Shown here in pieces: positions 57,548 through 61,779 of a stretch of DNA of 61,779 bases. The stretch comes from a virus (taxonomy: Duplodnaviria; Caudoviricetes). The notes beneath the pieces were generated by a model that was given only the letters and a program-made list of their open reading frames with translations, made no database searches and had not been told where the DNA came from. Each line of letters starts with the position of its first letter. The first letter of the stretch is position 1. The DNA lies in the IMG/VR virus record IMGVR_UViG_3300023246_000570, positions 1-61,779 of that record. The stretch is one strand, 5' to 3'. The translations under genes and the position numbers were made by a program.

Positions 57548-58274
57548 TATAACGGGATACGAATTGAGTAGAATGTTTTGGGATTTCTCTTTTGCTAATC
57601 CTGAAAAAATAAAACCTTATCACTCGGCAATTTATTTCTTTGCAATTGAATACTGTAATAGACTTGGATGGAAAGATAAATTTGGATTTCCAACAAGCAT
57701 AGTATTGGAGGCTACTGGCATAAAATCTTATTCAGCATACAAAAGATATTTAGACGACCTTGTTGAATGGGAGCTAATAATAATGATTGAATACTCTAAA
57801 AACCAACATACTTCTAACATAATTGCTTTGACTTTAAAAGCGAAAGCACATGGTAAAGCACTTGACAAAGCACTGGTAAAGCAAAGCGAAAGCAACTACA
57901 GTATAATAAAACAAGTAACAAGTAAACCATTAACAAAAGAAAATCCATTTAAACCTAAACAGATTCCAAAAAAGAAACCTGTTAATACAACAACAGAATT
58001 TTACAAGAAACAGATTGAAGATAATACAGGCGAAAAACTAATTAGCAAATATAAAAACTTTGTCGAGTACATTAACGGAAAAAATGATGCAGGTATCATC
58101 GCTGAAAATTTACTTAAAATAAAAACACAATTAACATACGACCAATTTGTTAAATTAATTAATAAAAACATTGTCGTATTAGATTATGTTGACTCATACA
58201 CAAACAAAGGATATAAAGGAAACGAATCAATCTATTTAACATTTTTAGGATGGCACAGGAAGAACAGCAAATAA
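57531..58274 (+). CDS. Phage replication initiator-like protein (N-terminal winged HTH)
   Basis: GYELSR.FWDF...AIYFFAIE.CNRLGWK..FG.PT pattern of Bacteroidota phage initiators; upstream of primase- and helicase-like genes. Confidence 0.65.
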   Translation: MFMESNITGYELSRMFWDFSFANPEKIKPYHSAIYFFAIEYCNRLGWKDKFGFPTSIVLEATGIKSYSAYKRYLDDLVEWELIIMIEYSKNQHTSNIIALTLKAKAHGKALDKALVKQSESNYSIIKQVTSKPLTKENPFKPKQIPKKKPVNTTTEFYKKQIEDNTGEKLISKYKNFVEYINGKNDAGIIAENLLKIKTQLTYDQFVKLINKNIVVLDYVDSYTNKGYKGNESIYLTFLGWHRKNSK

Positions 58275-59158
58275 AATTCCAATACTATAGCAACGATGCT
58301 ACAAAGCCAAATCCATTAGGATATGTAGAAATTGATGACTTCCTTAATGCAATTAGAAATCCAAAAGATAAAGTAAAAGAAATACTTAAAAAAATCCAAG
58401 TAGAAGAAGATGCCACAAAGAAAGCTAATTTAAAAACACATTTGTATGGATTTACTCCATCGGCTACGTTTGAGAACCGCAGAGCCTATGATAATATAAT
58501 TAACTTCACAGGACTCGCTGTATTAGACTTTGACAAAATAAGCAATGCTGACGATTTTAAACATTACCTGTTTGATACATACAAATTTATTATTGCAAGT
58601 TGGCTTAGTCCATCTTTAAAAGGAATAAAAGCATTGGTGAAAATTCCAGTAGTAAAAACAATAAAAGAATTTAAAAGTTATTTTTATGGGTTAGCATACG
58701 AGATGGAGGTATATAATGGATTTGACCCAACAACACAGAACGCATCACTACTACTGTTTATTGGTTGGGATAAAGACATTCTAATTAGAAAAGACTATTC
58801 TACGTGGAAAGGAAAGGGTAAAAAAATAAATAGCTTTGATGATAGCCCAACTATTAAAAAACCTAATTTTGTCAGTACACACAAACAGAAGCAATGGGTT
58901 ATTAATTGGATAACAGATAAGATTAATGGAATTACAGATACAGGACACCCTGTAGTGAGAGATAACTGCATTAGTCTTGGTGGATATGTAGCAAGTGGAT
59001 ATATTTCTTTTCCAGAAGCACAAGGCTTGGTTCACTATTTAATATCTATTAATGGCTATCTGAAAAAAGGAACAAATGGCTATAAGAAAACAGCAACAAG
59101 TGCAATAAACGAGGGAATGAAAAAACCTATAATATTTGGAAACAATGAGAAAATTTGA
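58250..59158 (+). CDS. BT4734/VirE N-terminal-like primase
   Basis: FTPSATF..RR...FTGLAVLDFD and WLSPSLKGIKALV motifs. Confidence 0.75.
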   Translation: MAQEEQQIKFQYYSNDATKPNPLGYVEIDDFLNAIRNPKDKVKEILKKIQVEEDATKKANLKTHLYGFTPSATFENRRAYDNIINFTGLAVLDFDKISNADDFKHYLFDTYKFIIASWLSPSLKGIKALVKIPVVKTIKEFKSYFYGLAYEMEVYNGFDPTTQNASLLLFIGWDKDILIRKDYSTWKGKGKKINSFDDSPTIKKPNFVSTHKQKQWVINWITDKINGITDTGHPVVRDNCISLGGYVASGYISFPEAQGLVHYLISINGYLKKGTNGYKKTATSAINEGMKKPIIFGNNEKI

Positions 59159-59987
59159 AAAAGATGAATTTCTAAAAGAGGAGTTCAAAGAAGATGTAAG
59201 CGACCTTAATAAGATAATCAAAGATACGCTTATTGATTTAGATAAACAGTATACAGAACCTATTCCATATCTAAGCATATCGCAAGGATTAAACAATATA
59301 AGAATATGTACAGAGGGAAACATATCAGCTATAACAGGTAAAGCTAAAACTAAGAAATCATTTTTCCAAACTATGCTAATTGCAAGTGCTGTTGATAATA
59401 CCACGCTGGGACATAAAATAAAAGGAAGAGTACCGGAAGGGAAAAGAATGATATTGGTATTCGATACAGAACAAGCAACGTATGATGTCTATAGGGTAGC
59501 AAATAGAGTTAAAAGATTAATAGGACATAACCCAAATAATTTAGGAGTATTTAATCTACGTGGAATAAATTCAAAAATAATACTTGACTTATTAGAATTT
59601 GTTTTAAAGAGATTTAAAGAAGTTGGCATTATCTTCATAGACCAAGTAGCAGATTTAGTTAGTTCTATTAACAGCGAAGAAGAAGCTGTTTCTGTTGTAC
59701 GCTATTTAGAAATGCTTACAAAGAAATATGAATGTCATATATGCTGCGTTATTCATCAGAACAAAGATAATAATTATGCAACAGGACATCTTGGAAGTCA
59801 AATATTAAAAAAGGCAGAAACAATAATTAATGTTGATAAATGCAATAGCGAGGTATCTAAAGTATATCCGGCAGCAACAAGAGGTCTTGAATTTGAAGCA
59901 TTCGGTATGAAGATAAAAGATGGATTGCCAGTAGTCTTGGATGATGAAGAATTTGAATCGTATGATGAAAAAGAAAAGCGATTTTAA
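59136..59987 (+). CDS. RecA-fold AAA_25-type helicase/ATPase
   Basis: Walker A variant GKAKTKKS, FDTEQ, Walker B IFIDQ, VIHQNK and GHLGS motifs. Confidence 0.8.
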   Translation: METMRKFEKDEFLKEEFKEDVSDLNKIIKDTLIDLDKQYTEPIPYLSISQGLNNIRICTEGNISAITGKAKTKKSFFQTMLIASAVDNTTLGHKIKGRVPEGKRMILVFDTEQATYDVYRVANRVKRLIGHNPNNLGVFNLRGINSKIILDLLEFVLKRFKEVGIIFIDQVADLVSSINSEEEAVSVVRYLEMLTKKYECHICCVIHQNKDNNYATGHLGSQILKKAETIINVDKCNSEVSKVYPAATRGLEFEAFGMKIKDGLPVVLDDEEFESYDEKEKRF

Positions 59988-60084
59988 CGGCATCGCAATT
60001 TAGACTTGTTCTTAATAGAATTTATTGTATGTTTGCATAAGATTATAATTATTTGAAATAGTGATAAATAGCAAAGATTAAAAA

Positions 60085-61170
60085 ATGAAAAACTACAAAA
60101 ACTTAAAATTTCACGAAATACAGCCACACACAGATAAGTGGTTTAAATTTAGAGAAAACGGAATAGGTGGAAGTGAACAATCTGCTGTACTGAGTATGAA
60201 CCCATACAAGTCTTCTATGCGAGTCTATGCCGAAAAAACAGGATACGTACAAGCCAAAGAGGTAAAAAACGAAGCAACCTATCATGGCACACATCAAGAA
60301 GCCTACGTAAAAGATTTTATTTGGCAATACCACGATGGAACAGAAGATGGATATATCAACCAAATTCCACAAAGAACATATCGCAACATCCCTGCTTACG
60401 CAGTAAATCCAAAGTACCCTCATCTGTTTGCAAGTGTAGATGGACTAATAGACAAAGGACAAGCAACCTTAGATGGAGAGATACTTGTAAAAGACGGAAT
60501 ACTTGAAGCTAAAACTATAAACGGTATGTATGCTAAGATGTGGGATTCAGGCGTTCCTATTTACTACATTATTCAAGTAATGCACTATCTGATAGTATAT
60601 GGATTAGAATATGGCGAGATAGTCTCATTTATTGATGGTAGAAAAGCAAGTCTTTATTCTGTGTCTATGGACACCGAATTGGCAGAAAAAATAGTAAGTG
60701 CTTCTTCGCAGTTTTGGAACGAGAGAGTTGTTCCAGGTAAAAAAGTTGTAGAAGAATGGAACAAGGCTAAAAAAAGTGGAGAGAAGTTAGATCAGCTACA
60801 AGAAGAAATAGACCGGCTTATGCCTCCTCCTGATTCTTCTGATGATTGTAAATTGTTTTTAAAAGAGATTTACAGAACAGAACTTGATAGTATGATAGGA
60901 GATAGTCATACTTACTCTACTGCAAGAAGAGTTCATTTGCTTAACAGAATGATAGCTGTACTAACTACAGAAAAAACATATTGTAATAATATCTTACAAG
61001 AGAAGTTTGTAAAACAGAGAGTTGAGAAATTAACCTTTGATGACAAAGGATATATCAAATTTACAAAAAGAGGGAACTCGGAGTTACCATCTCTACATAA
61101 TGGAGTCTCAAAAGATGGTATTGATTCAGATTTAGCAAAACATATACTGTCTAAGACTGAGATTTTTTAG
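60085..61170 (+). CDS. YqaJ-like viral recombinase / lambda-type exonuclease
   Basis: W...R..GIGGSE, ASVDG, LEAKT and YIIQVMHYL motifs. Confidence 0.88.
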   Translation: MKNYKNLKFHEIQPHTDKWFKFRENGIGGSEQSAVLSMNPYKSSMRVYAEKTGYVQAKEVKNEATYHGTHQEAYVKDFIWQYHDGTEDGYINQIPQRTYRNIPAYAVNPKYPHLFASVDGLIDKGQATLDGEILVKDGILEAKTINGMYAKMWDSGVPIYYIIQVMHYLIVYGLEYGEIVSFIDGRKASLYSVSMDTELAEKIVSASSQFWNERVVPGKKVVEEWNKAKKSGEKLDQLQEEIDRLMPPPDSSDDCKLFLKEIYRTELDSMIGDSHTYSTARRVHLLNRMIAVLTTEKTYCNNILQEKFVKQRVEKLTFDDKGYIKFTKRGNSELPSLHNGVSKDGIDSDLAKHILSKTEIF

Positions 61171-61213
61171 TATCTGAGATAGTGTTAAATAGTAACTTAA
61201 AAATTTAAAGATT

Positions 61214-61779
61214 ATGGAAAAAATAAAAGGATTTAAAGCGTTCAATAAGGGTTTAAAATGTAAAAATAAAACCTATAAAGAAAATACAACATTTAAAGAA
61301 AATGGTAATATTGGAATATGTGAAAAAGGAATGCACTTTTGCGAAATGCCTTTAGATGTGTTAAATTATTACCCATATAATCCAAATGAAACTGAATTTG
61401 CAGAAGTTGAGGCAATTGGAGATATTAAAAAAGATGACAATAAAACAGTAACAAATAAGTTGCGGATAAAATCAAAAATATCTTTTCAAAAATTATTAAA
61501 ATTACATTTTGATTTGGTTTTTGAAAAAGTTATAGTTAATAAAGATACGACTAACACGGCAGGAGATAGGGCACACGCTAACACGGCAGGAAATGAGGCA
61601 CACGCTAACACGGCAGGAGATTACGCACACGCTAACACGGCAGGATATTACGCACACGCTAACACGGCAGGATATTACGCACACGCTAACACGGCAGGAG
61701 ATAGGGCACACGCTAACACGGCAGGATACAGGGCACACGCTAACACGGCAGGAAATAGGGCACACGCTAACACGGCAGG
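61214..61779 (+). CDS. Phage protein with 9-aa tandem repeats (DUF7666-like), truncated by the window end; missed by the ORF track
   Basis: MEKIKGFKAFNKGLKC...CEKGMHFCEMPLDVLNYY N-domain followed by (HANTAGxxA)n. Confidence 0.8.
   Translation, partial: MEKIKGFKAFNKGLKCKNKTYKENTTFKENGNIGICEKGMHFCEMPLDVLNYYPYNPNETEFAEVEAIGDIKKDDNKTVTNKLRIKSKISFQKLLKLHFDLVFEKVIVNKDTTNTAGDRAHANTAGNEAHANTAGDYAHANTAGYYAHANTAGYYAHANTAGDRAHANTAGYRAHANTAGNRAHANTA
61551..61779 (+). repeat. 27-bp coding tandem repeat, at least 8 units
   Basis: CACGCTAACACGGCAGGA-NNNNNN-GCA; only two codons vary. Confidence 0.92.

Larger units (their letters stand above)
1156..61192. repeat. Dispersed asymmetric 17-23 bp site GARATAGTSWTAAATAR (about 70 copies including core-only)
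   Basis: Forward copies include 1156, 2259, 2869, 5241, 5449, 6518, 7222, 8162, 8928, 9445, 10852, 11127, 13514, 14078, 15326, 20219, 31187, 36415, 41130, 41478, 42334, 42633, 47904, 50693, 55505, 60055 and 61176. Reverse copies include 1688, 2557, 3264, 3704, 3931, 4394, 9191, 10192, 12105, 15091, 15346, 31786, 41816, 43019, 49482, 55589 and 56091. Confidence 0.95.
1..61779. mobile_element. Tailed dsDNA bacteriophage genome segment (Bacteroidota host inferred; podovirus/crAss-related gene set)
   Basis: Terminase, portal, capsid, tail and phage replication genes are present, with no host housekeeping genes. Bacteroidota-type TAnnTTTG promoters and AAATTATG/AAGTTATG starts without SD sequences. 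Confidence 0.93.

Noticed and set aside
1156-61192. Dispersed motif as a simple promoter or ribosome-binding signal
   Set aside because: It occurs in both orientations relative to transcription, over stop codons and inside core genes, and separate TAnnTTTG promoters exist.
1156-61192. Canonical integron with attC array
   Set aside because: No intI gene in the window, and most sites lack the 55-140 bp attC palindrome with L boxes; only the core heptamer resembles attC.
61502-61779. CRISPR-like array, and the minus-strand ORF of CPISCRVSV repeats
   Set aside because: The variable parts are only 6 nt and the 27-bp period is in frame with a plus-strand gene starting at 61214; the minus-strand ORF is its shadow.
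1-61779. Stop-codon reassignment as in some crAss-like phages
   Set aside because: Large genes are intact in the standard code, and TAA, TAG and TGA all end genes at sensible positions.

Overview
This AT-rich window is most of a tailed dsDNA phage genome. TAnnTTTG promoters and A-rich, Shine-Dalgarno-free translation starts point to a Bacteroidota host. The morphogenesis genes look podovirus/crAss-related: large terminase, portal, capsid and scaffold, three ring-like proteins, a 1619-aa tail protein, LamG fibre-like proteins and probable ejected proteins. The window also has a region of many small early/accessory genes (about 0.6-15 kb), a replication/recombination block (56.9-61.2 kb) and a tnpA-less IS200/IS605 TnpB. 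The main unexplained signal is an asymmetric 17-23 bp site, consensus about TTWTHY-GARATAGTS-WTAAATAR. I counted roughly 70 copies by eye, core-only matches included. It sits mostly at gene junctions in both orientations, often supplies the stop codon, brackets accessory islands inside the structural operon, and once forms a full inverted-arm site with an 8-bp spacer. It is a candidate gene-cassette recombination system or a genome-wide operator network. Other notable items: a promoter-linked orphan omega-RNA-like element sharing 43 identical bp with the TnpB end, a type I hammerhead ribozyme, a dif-like Xer site, several repeated intergenic RNA structures, and a stand-alone ribosomal-protein-S3-like KH protein. 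All calls come from manual reading and motif recognition; no searches were run.
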